Positions 9,534 to 19,653 of a stretch of DNA of 64,000 nt are shown here, piece by piece. Source of the DNA: a bacterium (GTDB lineage: Bacteria > Margulisbacteria > WOR-1 > O2-12-FULL-45-9 > XYB2-FULL-48-7); contig JBDRLW010000003.1 in NCBI GenBank assembly GCA_043812655.1, positions 21,125 through 85,124 on the forward strand, written 5' to 3'. The translations under genes and the position numbers were made by a program. Within the stretch, counting starts at the first letter, position 1; each line of letters opens with the position of its first letter. The notes under the pieces are model-generated. The model was not told the DNA's origin. It searched no databases and saw only the letters and a list, made by a program, of their open reading frames with translations.

Positions 9534-11086
9534 CTTTGCCCTACCTTATTATAGTCAAACGCCCACATCCCATTACCGCGCGTAGTTAATATCCCTACCT
9601 TCTTTTTAGTATCAAGAACTATATATCTGCCGCCAATATCCGCTAAAATGTAATCTAGATGCTTGCCAGATGAATAGTCAATAACATCTAAATACCCTTG
9701 TAAAAAATTGTTTACAAACAGTAATTTTCGACTCTCATCAACCGCAAGCGACCTGACAAACATATGAGTATTTATTCTTTTTGTCCACCCTCCTAAATTT
9801 AAATCGTATATATAGACATTCCCCCACTGCGCTGCAACAAAAAGCAAATTACTATCTTTTGCATACTCCATCCATGAAATAATGTTTGGGCCTCTAATCT
9901 TGTCATCATACTTATATTTAATCGCTCCCTTATCAAGGGGCAAGGTGATTTCTTTTATCAATGCCAACGACTTTCCATTTAAAATCATGACCAGCGGCTT
10001 ATCCGGAACAAAGATCGCTATGTTATTGTTTTTCAATATCCGAGCCCCCCAAATTAAATATGGGGCTTCTTTTTCAGCGATTATTGTCCCATTGACATTT
10101 ACGACTGAAATATATCCCGCTTCAGCCATGACAACAATTCTATTGTTTCGGTAGTCTAATAGGACTGAACCATAACCAGAACTCTTCAAGAGCTTCCTGC
10201 TCCAAACAAGCCTTTTACTTTTCAGATTCACTTTATTCAAAGATAAATCATATCGATCGTAATAATAAATGTAACCGTCAATTATAATGAAGTTATGCAA
10301 GTCATAGATACGCATATATGGCTTTGACTCAAGAGATTTATTGTCAAAATAGAATAATCCGCACAAGCCATCAAGTGCATAGTTATTAGAATAGTAAATC
10401 CCTTCATCGTTCAAGGAAGAGGCGTAAAATATATAATCAGAATAAGCCGGCAATCTTTCGCTGCTAATTGCGTCAGATACAATAAATAATTGGTAAAACA
10501 ACAAACAAACCATAAGCCCCAAGTAGATTATTGACGGAACAATGCTTAATTTCTGTGAATATTTAGCTATGATCTCTCTTTGTGATCGGTAGAAGAACAA
10601 GTCGCTTACTGGAAAGGCATAACGCATAAAAAGCTTAAATAGCCTTGTTTTCTCGATCGTTTTGCTAAACATATTTAACTGTGCATTTGCTAAAAAGAAA
10701 AGAAATAATATCATTGCTGACAACTTATTTTCTGGCCTAAAAGTCACAAAGAATAACAGAACGCTAAATATAATAAATGAGACGGAAACAACATCGTATA
10801 ATTCTAAAGATGACATTTTACCCTTAACATATCCCAATCCTTCCAGGATACTAAGATTTAAAAATAAATATATAATTACAAATATCGATGTTTTCACCTG
10901 AAAAAGATGCGTGCTCAATAAATGTCCTGTTAGCAGCGTTTTCATGACGGACCCATGGTAACCTTGCATCAAAATCATATTAACCACAAAGAGCTTGCTC
11001 AACATGAATAATGCTAGAATTGCGGTAATCAATACAGGAGTACGATATACAAACAATAATAATTTAATTTTACTCGTTTTACCCAT
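9530..11086 (-). CDS. integral membrane protein (about 5 N-terminal TM helices) with C-terminal beta-propeller-like repeat domain; function unknown
   Basis: N-terminal 200 aa strongly hydrophobic. The C-terminal ~300 aa is rich in Y/D/N/G repeats (YIYDLN, YLDVIDYSSG) suggestive of YVTN/WD-like blades. Operonic with the flippase. Confidence 0.4.
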   Translation of the reverse strand: MGKTSKIKLLLFVYRTPVLITAILALFMLSKLFVVNMILMQGYHGSVMKTLLTGHLLSTHLFQVKTSIFVIIYLFLNLSILEGLGYVKGKMSSLELYDVVSVSFIIFSVLLFFVTFRPENKLSAMILFLFFLANAQLNMFSKTIEKTRLFKLFMRYAFPVSDLFFYRSQREIIAKYSQKLSIVPSIIYLGLMVCLLFYQLFIVSDAISSERLPAYSDYIFYASSLNDEGIYYSNNYALDGLCGLFYFDNKSLESKPYMRIYDLHNFIIIDGYIYYYDRYDLSLNKVNLKSKRLVWSRKLLKSSGYGSVLLDYRNNRIVVMAEAGYISVVNVNGTIIAEKEAPYLIWGARILKNNNIAIFVPDKPLVMILNGKSLALIKEITLPLDKGAIKYKYDDKIRGPNIISWMEYAKDSNLLFVAAQWGNVYIYDLNLGGWTKRINTHMFVRSLAVDESRKLLFVNNFLQGYLDVIDYSSGKHLDYILADIGGRYIVLDTKKKVGILTTRGNGMWAFDYNKVGQR

Positions 11087-11128
11087 TTTTAATCTCCTCT
11101 AATTCTAGCAAATTCAGATAATGATCAA

Positions 11129-12661
11129 TCATGATATTCTACCTTCGATCTCATCCATCATTTCCTCTTCTTCAATTGCAAGACTAAAGCGGTTTAATGG
11201 CCGTCTGAAAGCCTGATTTAATACCCTTTTGAGAACAACAAAATCGGTCAGTCCCAAACCAATAACAGAATACACAACGAGCGCAAAGGCGGAAATTATC
11301 CAGGAAAGCAATAAGGATACTGGAAAAGCAAGGAAAACAAGTTTGGTTACAACCAGAATCCCTATCCCCAGCAAGGATACTAGCGTAATTTTCTTCCAAG
11401 GATATATAATCCTTAATATTTTCACCGACACCATTTCGGCAATAATAAATGTCAGCAAATATGCAAATACTGTCACCCAGGCAGCACCTAATATACCCCA
11501 TTTTGGGATTGCAAATATATTAAGTGCCACACTTGTGCCTCCGGCGATTAAAGTAATGATCGGAATAAGATAGGTGTGCTTTTTGAAAAACAATGGGCTG
11601 ACAGCAAACATATACAGGCCTCTAAATATACTCGAAAATACAAGGATCCCAGCTACTCCGGATGCCGCATAATAGGCCTGGGAAGCCATTACTTTAAGTA
11701 TCAGGCTGGAAAATAAAATAAAACCCAGAACCATTGCCAGCACTGCAACATACCAATAGCCGATAATATCCGCATTAATTGCGATAGCCTTATTTTCGTT
11801 TTTTTCTGCTGATTCAATAAAATATGGATTGTAAGCCATATTAAAACAACCAACCAGCAGCAATGGCACCGAAGCGATGCGGCTGGCTAGGGAAAATAGC
11901 CCGATATCAGAAAGAGGCACAAATTTCTCTAGTATAATTTGATTTGCCCCGGTAAACATGAAGGTGCCTAATGAATGAGGAATTAGAGGTAAAGAATAGG
12001 CTAAAGCCAGCGGAACAAAGCCCCAAACAAACCTCCTGCAAAACCAATCTCTAATCAACCAAAAAGCCACCAGGCAACCAATTAGGGCCGCCAATAAGTT
12101 TGCCCAGAAAAAACCCAACATCCCAACCTGTTTATAAACAACAAGGTAAACCGAAAGCAAAATAGTCGCTAGTAAAACAACGACATTTAAAACAAAGAAA
12201 TGTTTGGCCATTTGCATAACTTTAAAAATGGCTGTCGGCGCTTGATAAAGAGCAATCAGCACAACAGTAATCAAAGACAAACGAAAATAAGGTTGATAAG
12301 TTAACCCGCTATTAGGGTAGACAAAGCTAACAAGCTGATTACCAAAAAGCTCTAAAAGCAGGAAGCTAGCGATCATCATTGCAATCATTATTAAAATAAC
12401 TGTGCTTAGAAACTCCCTAGCCTTTTGTTTTTCACCTTTTGCTATAAACTGCAATACATATCTGGCAATCCCACTTTGGAGCTGCAAAGCAATAAATATT
12501 CCGACAATCGCCGTGAAAGAGCTTACCAAGCCAATAACGGCATATTCTGCCGGCGTCAAATATCTTGTATACAAAGGCAAAAGAAAAAAACCAGCTACAA
12601 GCGGCAGGATCAACGCAATTGTATAAATACCAGTATTAGTCAATATTTTCAGTTTTGACAT
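11129..12661 (-). CDS. wzx: oligosaccharide/polysaccharide flippase (Wzx, MOP superfamily)
   Basis: 510 aa with about 12-14 predicted TM helices. Composition typical of the Wzx/RfbX family. Located in the glycan operon. Confidence 0.6.
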   Translation of the reverse strand: MSKLKILTNTGIYTIALILPLVAGFFLLPLYTRYLTPAEYAVIGLVSSFTAIVGIFIALQLQSGIARYVLQFIAKGEKQKAREFLSTVILIMIAMMIASFLLLELFGNQLVSFVYPNSGLTYQPYFRLSLITVVLIALYQAPTAIFKVMQMAKHFFVLNVVVLLATILLSVYLVVYKQVGMLGFFWANLLAALIGCLVAFWLIRDWFCRRFVWGFVPLALAYSLPLIPHSLGTFMFTGANQIILEKFVPLSDIGLFSLASRIASVPLLLVGCFNMAYNPYFIESAEKNENKAIAINADIIGYWYVAVLAMVLGFILFSSLILKVMASQAYYAASGVAGILVFSSIFRGLYMFAVSPLFFKKHTYLIPIITLIAGGTSVALNIFAIPKWGILGAAWVTVFAYLLTFIIAEMVSVKILRIIYPWKKITLVSLLGIGILVVTKLVFLAFPVSLLLSWIISAFALVVYSVIGLGLTDFVVLKRVLNQAFRRPLNRFSLAIEEEEMMDEIEGRIS

Positions 12662-12673
12662 ATCTAAATCTCA

Positions 12674-13189
12674 TTATGGCTCGATCCTAAACATTATCTG
12701 TCGATCATTAACAATATGATCTGTAATAAATCCGACGTTCTTAAATAGTTTCTGCGAAGCTAGATTATCAACATCGACCCCCGCCTCTATTTTCTTCAGT
12801 TTTAATGAGAAAAACGCATAATTAATAACCTCTTTTAATGCTTCAGACGCATAACCCTTCCCCCAATATGCCTTGTCCCCGATCGCAATGCCAACCGTGC
12901 CAAACCCATTCTCCCGATCGATTGATGAAAACGTTATATTTCCGATATGCTTCTCGTTAGTTTTGTCAAAAACACCAAGTAGCAACCGCTCCTTAACCCC
13001 TTCATAGGATCGGACATAGGCTTGCACCATATCAATATCTTGTCTTATATCCTTAACCGATAGGAAGTGATTGACCTCAGGATCATTCAACCAATCGACA
13101 TAGCGTTGTGTAACATCAACAACCTTTAACGGCCTAAGATTGACTCTATTGCCGCTTATCATCTTATGCGGCATCCCTATAATATTCAT
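12674..13189 (-). CDS. GNAT family N-acyltransferase
   Basis: 171 aa. GNAT motif A-like 'VGIAIGDKAYWGKGYASEALKEVINYAF'. Confidence 0.6.
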   Translation of the reverse strand: MNIIGMPHKMISGNRVNLRPLKVVDVTQRYVDWLNDPEVNHFLSVKDIRQDIDMVQAYVRSYEGVKERLLLGVFDKTNEKHIGNITFSSIDRENGFGTVGIAIGDKAYWGKGYASEALKEVINYAFFSLKLKKIEAGVDVDNLASQKLFKNVGFITDHIVNDRQIMFRIEP

Positions 13190-13685
13190 GCGCCAACATG
13201 CTAATTATGATCGTATCCATATATTTGCCATCCCAAAAAGTCGCTTCTCTCATAATTCCTTCCTGAATAAAACCACATTTTAATGCGAGCTTAACCGCCC
13301 CCTCATTAAAAGCAAAAGCTTCCCCCCAAAGGCGGTGTAAATTATATTCACCAAACCCCTTCCTCTTAAAAAAATCATAGATTTCAATCCCTAAAGCAAC
13401 ATCTTCGGTAGGACTAATTGATTGACCAAGATAATACGAAATTTCCGCAGAACGATCTTTCCAATTAATATGCGTTAAGCCACAGAGCCCAACCGGCTTT
13501 TCATCCATCAGAATCAGGAACATGTCATCCACCTTAGAAGTAGAAACCCTTTCAAACCAGTTATTTTGGTTGACCATATTAAGAAGCCTATATTCGCGAC
13601 AATACTTCCTAACCTTTTCTTGATTCCTCCAATCTCTTAGTAATGGAAGGTCCTCCCTTTCCATTTGCCGATACTTAATATCCAT
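13164..13685 (-). CDS. GNAT family N-acyltransferase
   Basis: 173 aa, GNAT fold. 'IEIYDFFKRKGFGEYNLHRL' is motif-A-like. Overlaps the downstream GNAT gene, consistent with an operon. Confidence 0.55.
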   Translation of the reverse strand: MDIKYRQMEREDLPLLRDWRNQEKVRKYCREYRLLNMVNQNNWFERVSTSKVDDMFLILMDEKPVGLCGLTHINWKDRSAEISYYLGQSISPTEDVALGIEIYDFFKRKGFGEYNLHRLWGEAFAFNEGAVKLALKCGFIQEGIMREATFWDGKYMDTIIISMLAHEYYRDAA

Positions 13686-13705
13686 TTCATCCTCCTTTAA
13701 AATAA

Positions 13706-14404
13706 TTACAAACCGCCATCAATGGCTATTTTCGCTCCGTTGACATAAGGAGATCTGATTAAAAAATCAATTGCATTAACGATATTTGAGACTTTCCCAA
13801 ATGATTTTGACGGAATCTTATCTAAGATACTCTTTTGGTCATTTTCACTTAGCGTTTCAATTAAACCAACATCAAAATAACCCAACACCAACAAATTCGA
13901 AGTAATATTAAAACGCGCATATTCCTTTGCTAGGACACGTGACATACCAATCAGCCCAGTTTTAGTTGTGGAGTATGCAATGGTGCCTATCCGTCCCTCC
14001 ATGCCTACAACGGAAGAAACATGAACAATACGTCCCCAGCGTTCGTTAATCATAATAGGAAGCAAGGCCTTGGTCAGTAAAAAATCACCTTTTAAATTAG
14101 TTGCTAGCACTTTATCCCAATCAAGCTCGGAGTAATTAGCCGCCAATGCATCAATACTAGACGCTGCCAAATTAATTAAAGTAACTTTTTTTAGCTCACT
14201 TCTACGCTTCTCCACAAATGCATTTATAGCCGTAGAGTCAGTGATATCTAATTTTTCAATTGAAAACCCGTTCATCGCAATCACTTTTGGCTTGGTTTTA
14301 TTGTAAATCCCAATAACCTGATCCATTGCCAATAATTTGCTCAAGATTTCTTTTCCGATTCCACCAGACACACCGGTTAGAATGATCATTGATTTTCTCC
14401 CCAC
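13706..14404 (-). CDS. SDR family oxidoreductase, 3-oxoacyl-ACP reductase (FabG)-like
   Basis: 'ILTGVSGGIGKEI' matches TGxxxGIG. Catalytic 'YSTTKTGLIGMSRVLAKE' matches YxxxK. Confidence 0.65.
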   Translation of the reverse strand: MGRKSMIILTGVSGGIGKEILSKLLAMDQVIGIYNKTKPKVIAMNGFSIEKLDITDSTAINAFVEKRRSELKKVTLINLAASSIDALAANYSELDWDKVLATNLKGDFLLTKALLPIMINERWGRIVHVSSVVGMEGRIGTIAYSTTKTGLIGMSRVLAKEYARFNITSNLLVLGYFDVGLIETLSENDQKSILDKIPSKSFGKVSNIVNAIDFLIRSPYVNGAKIAIDGGL

Positions 14405-15351
14405 TTAATCAAACAACCGCCCCAAGACAAGCCTACTCCAAACCCAATTAACATAACTTGATCCCCCTTTTTTAGACGCTTCTGTTCGGCGGCATCCTTA
14501 AGGGCGATCGGAATTGAAGCGGAAACAGTATTACCAACCTTTTGACAATTGATAAAGACTTTTTCTTCTGGCAGCTGTAGTCGACGAATAATATTTTCCA
14601 TAACAAGCTTGCTGGCTTGGTGAAAAACAAATAAATCAATATCTTCAATGGTTTTCCCGGCTTTTTCTAATAAAGAATTAACACACTTGGGGACCCTATC
14701 CATAGTAAACATAAAGACCTTCGCCCCGTCCATGACCAACTTATCCCCTTCCTCTTTTCTAGCCCCGCTTGATGGAACAATTAAGCTACTAAAGCCAGAG
14801 CCGTCAGTCCCCAACTCAAAGGGGCCAAGCAAGTCAGCTTTGCTCTGGGCTAACACGATTGCGGCTCCTCCATCACTAAATAATGGTCGACAGGTTCGAT
14901 CTGATTTATCAATATATTTTGTATAAGTTTCACTGCAAACGATCAACCCTTTCCTTGCTATTCCGGCCTCTAGCATCGAACCACCAATGGCCAGAGCGTA
15001 AACAAAACCTGAGCAACCAAGATTGACGTCAAAAGCAGCACAATCCTTTTTAATCCCCAGACGATCCTGCAGAATACAAGCTGAAGTTGGCAAGGCATAG
15101 TCAGGTGATTGCGTAACCATAATAATAAAATCAATATCATGCCTTGAATGAACAGATGAAAACAACTTTTCCGACGCAATTAATGCCAGATCAACAGCTG
15201 TTTGCCCTGGCTCAGCTATATGACGGACATAAACACCTGTTTTCTTCTCAATATCATCAATCCGCCAATCCGGATTATCATTTTTAAGAACCTTCCCATC
15301 CTCAGTTTTTTCAGGAAGATAGTATTCAATTGCCTGTATCTCAACTTTCAT
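14386..15351 (-). CDS. 3-oxoacyl-ACP synthase III (KAS III, FabH-like)
   Basis: Active-site Cys context 'DVNLGCSGFVYAL' and 'FVFHQAS' (His). Asn region in 'GNTVSASIPIAL'. Length 321 aa. Confidence 0.7.
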   Translation of the reverse strand: MKVEIQAIEYYLPEKTEDGKVLKNDNPDWRIDDIEKKTGVYVRHIAEPGQTAVDLALIASEKLFSSVHSRHDIDFIIMVTQSPDYALPTSACILQDRLGIKKDCAAFDVNLGCSGFVYALAIGGSMLEAGIARKGLIVCSETYTKYIDKSDRTCRPLFSDGGAAIVLAQSKADLLGPFELGTDGSGFSSLIVPSSGARKEEGDKLVMDGAKVFMFTMDRVPKCVNSLLEKAGKTIEDIDLFVFHQASKLVMENIIRRLQLPEEKVFINCQKVGNTVSASIPIALKDAAEQKRLKKGDQVMLIGFGVGLSWGGCLIKWGENQ

Positions 15352-15371
15352 TATTGCCTACTTATAAATAT

Positions 15372-15617
15372 TTATATTAAGCTATTATCTTTCAAGATGT
15401 GCATAATCCCCTTAACCGAATTGGCCGTCGCCATCTCTTTTATTGCTGCGATCTTTCCATCAAAAAGCTCATCTAATGATGAAAGAATCGCCAAATGCCC
15501 TAAAGAATCCCATTCTTCCAACCCTCCGACCATGCTATCTAACGTCAATTTTTTACCTTTGAGGCTCAATGCCTTTTCCATCGCCGCTAACACTTCACTC
15601 TCTGTTTTATTTACCAT
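15372..15617 (-). CDS. acyl carrier protein-like (phosphopantetheine attachment)
   Basis: 81 aa acidic helical protein. 'LTLDSMVGGLEE' resembles the ACP DSL/DSM Ser attachment motif. Confidence 0.5.
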   Translation of the reverse strand: MVNKTESEVLAAMEKALSLKGKKLTLDSMVGGLEEWDSLGHLAILSSLDELFDGKIAAIKEMATANSVKGIMHILKDNSLI

Positions 15618-15635
15618 AACAAACCTCCTTATAAT

Positions 15636-16361
15636 CTAACTATTATAGGCAACATAAATATCAGTAAAACAAAGGACCAGGCCAAACTTCTCTGTAAATT
15701 GGACATATCCCCTTTGTTGCAGCGCTTTTAATGCCCCAAGATGTTCGCTCATCTCTTTGGGGAGCGGCCATACATCATGGGCTAAACGTTCAACATGTGA
15801 AAAATGATCGTTAGCAACTTTAACGATTTTATCTACATCAGAAAAGGAAATAATCGGGAAAAATAATCGGCCACCATGATTAAGATACTTTGCTGCTTGT
15901 TGAATTACTTGAACGATAAGAAATGTTCCATCCGCCCCAGCAACACAAGGAACATTGTTGAACCAAGGGGAAATTTTTGCCGCTTCTTCAGAAACCCCAG
16001 AAATATCATCAACAATGCAATCAAATTTTTCATCACTCCACGGCTCAAAAAGAGATCCGGCTCTTGCCTCCACAGGACAATTATACTTTTTAGCATTGAG
16101 ATTGACTGATTCAACCGCTTTTTCGCTCAGATCTGACGCATAGAGGGATCCTTCTATTAAGCCTAGTTTATGCAACGCTATTCCAACCGCGCCACAACCA
16201 CACCCAAGGTCAACCGTTTTTCCAGGGCTTTTAACATATCCCTTTACAGCCTTAACTAAACTTTGGCTAGTTCCAGTTGGAACAAATACTCCTGCCGGCA
16301 CATTTAACAATAATTCTTCGGATGGTCCATACTTAAAAGTATAGGAAGCCTGTTCTAGCAT
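15636..16361 (-). CDS. class I SAM-dependent methyltransferase
   Basis: SAM motif I 'VDLGCGCGAVGIAL'. Motif post-I acidic 'YASDLS'. Confidence 0.5.
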   Translation of the reverse strand: MLEQASYTFKYGPSEELLLNVPAGVFVPTGTSQSLVKAVKGYVKSPGKTVDLGCGCGAVGIALHKLGLIEGSLYASDLSEKAVESVNLNAKKYNCPVEARAGSLFEPWSDEKFDCIVDDISGVSEEAAKISPWFNNVPCVAGADGTFLIVQVIQQAAKYLNHGGRLFFPIISFSDVDKIVKVANDHFSHVERLAHDVWPLPKEMSEHLGALKALQQRGYVQFTEKFGLVLCFTDIYVAYNS

Positions 16362-16373
16362 ATTAATTCCCCC

Positions 16374-17402
16374 TCATATTGATTTCCAAGTTATCCACTC
16401 ATCAGCCTTAATGGATCTTTTTGTTTTTTTACCGACAACTTTATCAAAATATTTCGGCTGAATACCAAAACTTGGTCTTTTAACAATCAGCATTTCATCT
16501 TTAATAATTGTCCCTTTCGGGATTTCTGTTTTAGCGTGGATACTGCGGCGACCAATTTGATAATTCTCCATCTCACAAGCTCTTGGGCCAAGTTTTTTAC
16601 CTGACCCAATCGCTGCTTCAACCTCACGGATTTGGCTTACAAGCGCTTTTAATTCTTTCGGCTCAACAGCAAAGGGATGATCGGGCCCCTCCATCTTTTT
16701 ATCAAGCGTAAAATGCTTTTCGATTACTTTCGCTCCCATCGCAACGGCGGCAACAGAGATATGAATTCCCAAGGTATGATCTGATAAACCAGAAATAACA
16801 CCAAGAGAACCGCTAATATTCTTCATTGCGGATAAATTCATAATTTCGGCCTTTGCCGGATAAGCGGAAGCGCACTGCAGGAAAATAACTTTCTTATTCC
16901 CTGCGTTAATACAGGTTGAATAGGCATCTTTAATTTCTTGCATTTTTGCTAGACCGGTAGATATGATTATTGGTTTTTTTTTCTTTGCAATAAATTTGAT
17001 CAAGGGAATATCAACCAACTCAAAAGAGGCGATTTTATATAGATCCACGTATGGAGCTAGTTCATCAACCGCCTCCGCGTCAAAAGGAGTGGCAAAGAAC
17101 GTTACATTCTTTTTATTGCAATAGGCTTTAAGCTCAGGAATCCATTTACGCGGCAGTTCAATGTCTTTTATCATTCTCCATAAGTCTTTTTTGTAATAAG
17201 AATGACGTGGGACATTTTTAGAATACAGCTTTTCAGCTGAATAAATCTGAAACTTAACCGCATTTGCACCAGCCTCTGCTGCTTTATCGATCAGCTTTTT
17301 TGCAGTTCTTAAGCTCTTGTTATGATTTGCCCCAATATCTACAATAATAAAGCATGGATCGTCCCCGCCAATCATAATGTTTCCAACTTTAATTCTGTTC
17401 AT
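16374..17402 (-). CDS. N-acylneuraminate-9-phosphate/nonulosonic acid synthase family (NeuB/PseI/LegI-like) with C-terminal SAF domain
   Basis: 'IGGDDPCFIIVDIGANHNKSLRTAKKLIDKAAEAGANAVKFQIY' matches the NeuB N-terminal TIM-barrel signature. The C-terminal 'SAF'-like region has the 'IKDEML' pattern. Confidence 0.75.
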   Translation of the reverse strand: MNRIKVGNIMIGGDDPCFIIVDIGANHNKSLRTAKKLIDKAAEAGANAVKFQIYSAEKLYSKNVPRHSYYKKDLWRMIKDIELPRKWIPELKAYCNKKNVTFFATPFDAEAVDELAPYVDLYKIASFELVDIPLIKFIAKKKKPIIISTGLAKMQEIKDAYSTCINAGNKKVIFLQCASAYPAKAEIMNLSAMKNISGSLGVISGLSDHTLGIHISVAAVAMGAKVIEKHFTLDKKMEGPDHPFAVEPKELKALVSQIREVEAAIGSGKKLGPRACEMENYQIGRRSIHAKTEIPKGTIIKDEMLIVKRPSFGIQPKYFDKVVGKKTKRSIKADEWITWKSI

Positions 17403-17410
17403 GTTTGTCG

Positions 17411-18721
17411 TTAATCCAACCTCTTAAACCCTGCATGGCAAACCGGCCCCTTTAAACTAGACTCCACCTTAGCCGACTGAATGGCACTGGCTATAACAGC
17501 AAATGCTTCATCCACTGCAAAAAGATACTTATCTACAATCTCCGGCGAATGGGCAAAGGACGCGTAGAAAGAATTTGTCGCTAGGCACCCTTTTTCAAGC
17601 ATAATTTGGGTAAATAAGGTTTTTATGGCCAGAGCATTATCGTATTTGAACGAAAAATGACCCAATGGTGGAATTCCTTCAACAGAGATGATAATTCGAT
17701 GTTTTTTCGCCAAGTTGTCCCATCCCGCTTGGACCATTTTTCCAATCTTGATCAAATGCGCCGGCACATTTTCTTTTTGCATTTTCGCAATTGTTGCCAG
17801 AGCGGCCACCGGCCCAATTCTTTCTGTCCAGTATGTACTACTAATAAAGCTCTCCTGGGCCACCTGCATTACTGATTTTTTACCTATTATGGCGGCCATC
17901 GGAAATCCGTTACTGATCCCTTTGGCAAATACTGCGATATCCGGCTCAAACCCATATTTTAAATGTGCACCACCAACATTTAACCGCCAACCAGAACTTA
18001 CTTCGTCACAAATCATCACGATCCCCAGCTCCTTGGTTGTTTTTCTAATCGTTTCAATAAAACCAGGCTTCGGTTCATGATTCCTAACGGCTTCGGTAAC
18101 AACACCGGCAATTCTTCCCTTATATTTATTTAGGAGTGCCAAATATTCTTCTGTGTCATTGTAAATAAATGGTTTCGCTGTTCCCTTTAATCCTCTAGGT
18201 ACCCCTTTTGGGGAAAGCCCTGGCATTAAATGTCCGTCTAAGGCCGCATCATCCGCTAAGTTTGATGATAAGTACCAATCATGCCAACCGTGGTATCCTG
18301 AAAATAAGATAACATCCTTGTCAGCGGCCGCTCGAGCAATCCTGACCGCAATGCTCATCGCCTCTCCACCGGTTCGGGAATATCTAACCATCTCCGCCCA
18401 AGGATGTAATTCACATAAAAGTTCAGCTAACTCAACGTCTTCATAGCAATTTAAAGTTGTAGATGACCCTTTTGCAATAGCCTGAGTTACTGCGGCATTA
18501 ACATCGTCATCCGAATAACCCAAGATACTAGCGCCTACTCCCATAAAACTCATATCAATATATTTTTCACCATCAAGATCCCAAATCTCACACCCTTTTG
18601 CTTTTTCATAGTACGCAGGCCAGAGGTCGGGCAGATGCATCTCTGGTCTTTTTGATAAAAGTTGGGTTCCTCCAGGGATAATTGTCTTTGCTTTGTTATA
18701 TAAGTCTTGTGAAATCCCCAC
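17411..18721 (-). CDS. class III PLP-dependent aminotransferase (glutamate-1-semialdehyde aminomutase-like)
   Basis: 436 aa. 'GGTQLLSKRPE', 'RYSRTGGEAMSIAVRIARA' and 'CDEVSSGWR' are HemL/class-III-like motifs. Confidence 0.7.
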   Translation of the reverse strand: MGISQDLYNKAKTIIPGGTQLLSKRPEMHLPDLWPAYYEKAKGCEIWDLDGEKYIDMSFMGVGASILGYSDDDVNAAVTQAIAKGSSTTLNCYEDVELAELLCELHPWAEMVRYSRTGGEAMSIAVRIARAAADKDVILFSGYHGWHDWYLSSNLADDAALDGHLMPGLSPKGVPRGLKGTAKPFIYNDTEEYLALLNKYKGRIAGVVTEAVRNHEPKPGFIETIRKTTKELGIVMICDEVSSGWRLNVGGAHLKYGFEPDIAVFAKGISNGFPMAAIIGKKSVMQVAQESFISSTYWTERIGPVAALATIAKMQKENVPAHLIKIGKMVQAGWDNLAKKHRIIISVEGIPPLGHFSFKYDNALAIKTLFTQIMLEKGCLATNSFYASFAHSPEIVDKYLFAVDEAFAVIASAIQSAKVESSLKGPVCHAGFKRLD

Positions 18722-18723
18722 TA

Positions 18724-19653
18724 TTAGTTCCCCACCTTTGTTGCCATGCCTAGTTTTTCCTTATAGATGTCAATTAGGTGCTGGTAAATAAGATCTACTC
18801 TCTCATGTTGGAATGCTACAAAACTTAAATTTAATTTTTCGATTTTTTCCAGATCACCAATCGATTGACGAATTTCCTGAAAATTATTCAGACTATCAAC
18901 GCCAATAATGACTTTATCTACATATTTATTAAGTAAAACAAAATTAATACATAAAGCCACTTTTGAGATGTGTTCTTGGGTAGAAAGCCGGCTAAGCTCT
19001 TCCACCTTATCCTTAATGGCAATCAAGGGACCGGTAAATTCAGCCTGATTACGAAAAGCAATCCCTTGCAGGAAAACCGACCGCACATTGATCTCAATGC
19101 CTAAACCATGTAATTTCTCAAAATATGGCCCAAATCGCTGATCAAACACACTATAAGGGACCTGAACAATATCTAAATTAATGCCTTGTTCAAGAAGTAC
19201 ATCAAGCTCATCCGGCGAATAAATCGATAAACCAATTTTTTTTATCCTCCCTAGCTTTCTTAACTCTACAAGCTGCGGCCATAATCCCGGATTATCGATA
19301 TGATATTGATAATTATGGATCAAATAACCATAAAACGAATCAACCCCCAATGTATCTAGTGAAGTTTGAATTATCGCTTTAACTTCAGTAGCAGAAACGT
19401 TACCAGCTTTTGAGATAATACTAAAATATTTTTTATTAGCTTTAATATATTTTCCAATAACAGCCTCGCTCTCCCCATATAGGGCAGCCGTATCAAGCGT
19501 ATTTACCCCGGCTTGGGCTGCCACATCTAATATTTTAAAAACATCATCAATCGGGACTTTTCCCCGTTGATTATTAATCCCATAATCAAATCCAAATTGG
19601 GCGGTTCCTAAAGTTATCCTATTCATTACTTCCATATCCGCCCATGCCCCCAA
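18724..19653 (-). CDS. aldo/keto reductase
   Basis: 'LGTAQFGFDYG', 'LDTAALYGESE' and 'KIGLSIYSPDEL' are AKR signature regions. Confidence 0.65.
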   Translation of the reverse strand: MGAWADMEVMNRITLGTAQFGFDYGINNQRGKVPIDDVFKILDVAAQAGVNTLDTAALYGESEAVIGKYIKANKKYFSIISKAGNVSATEVKAIIQTSLDTLGVDSFYGYLIHNYQYHIDNPGLWPQLVELRKLGRIKKIGLSIYSPDELDVLLEQGINLDIVQVPYSVFDQRFGPYFEKLHGLGIEINVRSVFLQGIAFRNQAEFTGPLIAIKDKVEELSRLSTQEHISKVALCINFVLLNKYVDKVIIGVDSLNNFQEIRQSIGDLEKIEKLNLSFVAFQHERVDLIYQHLIDIYKEKLGMATKVGN

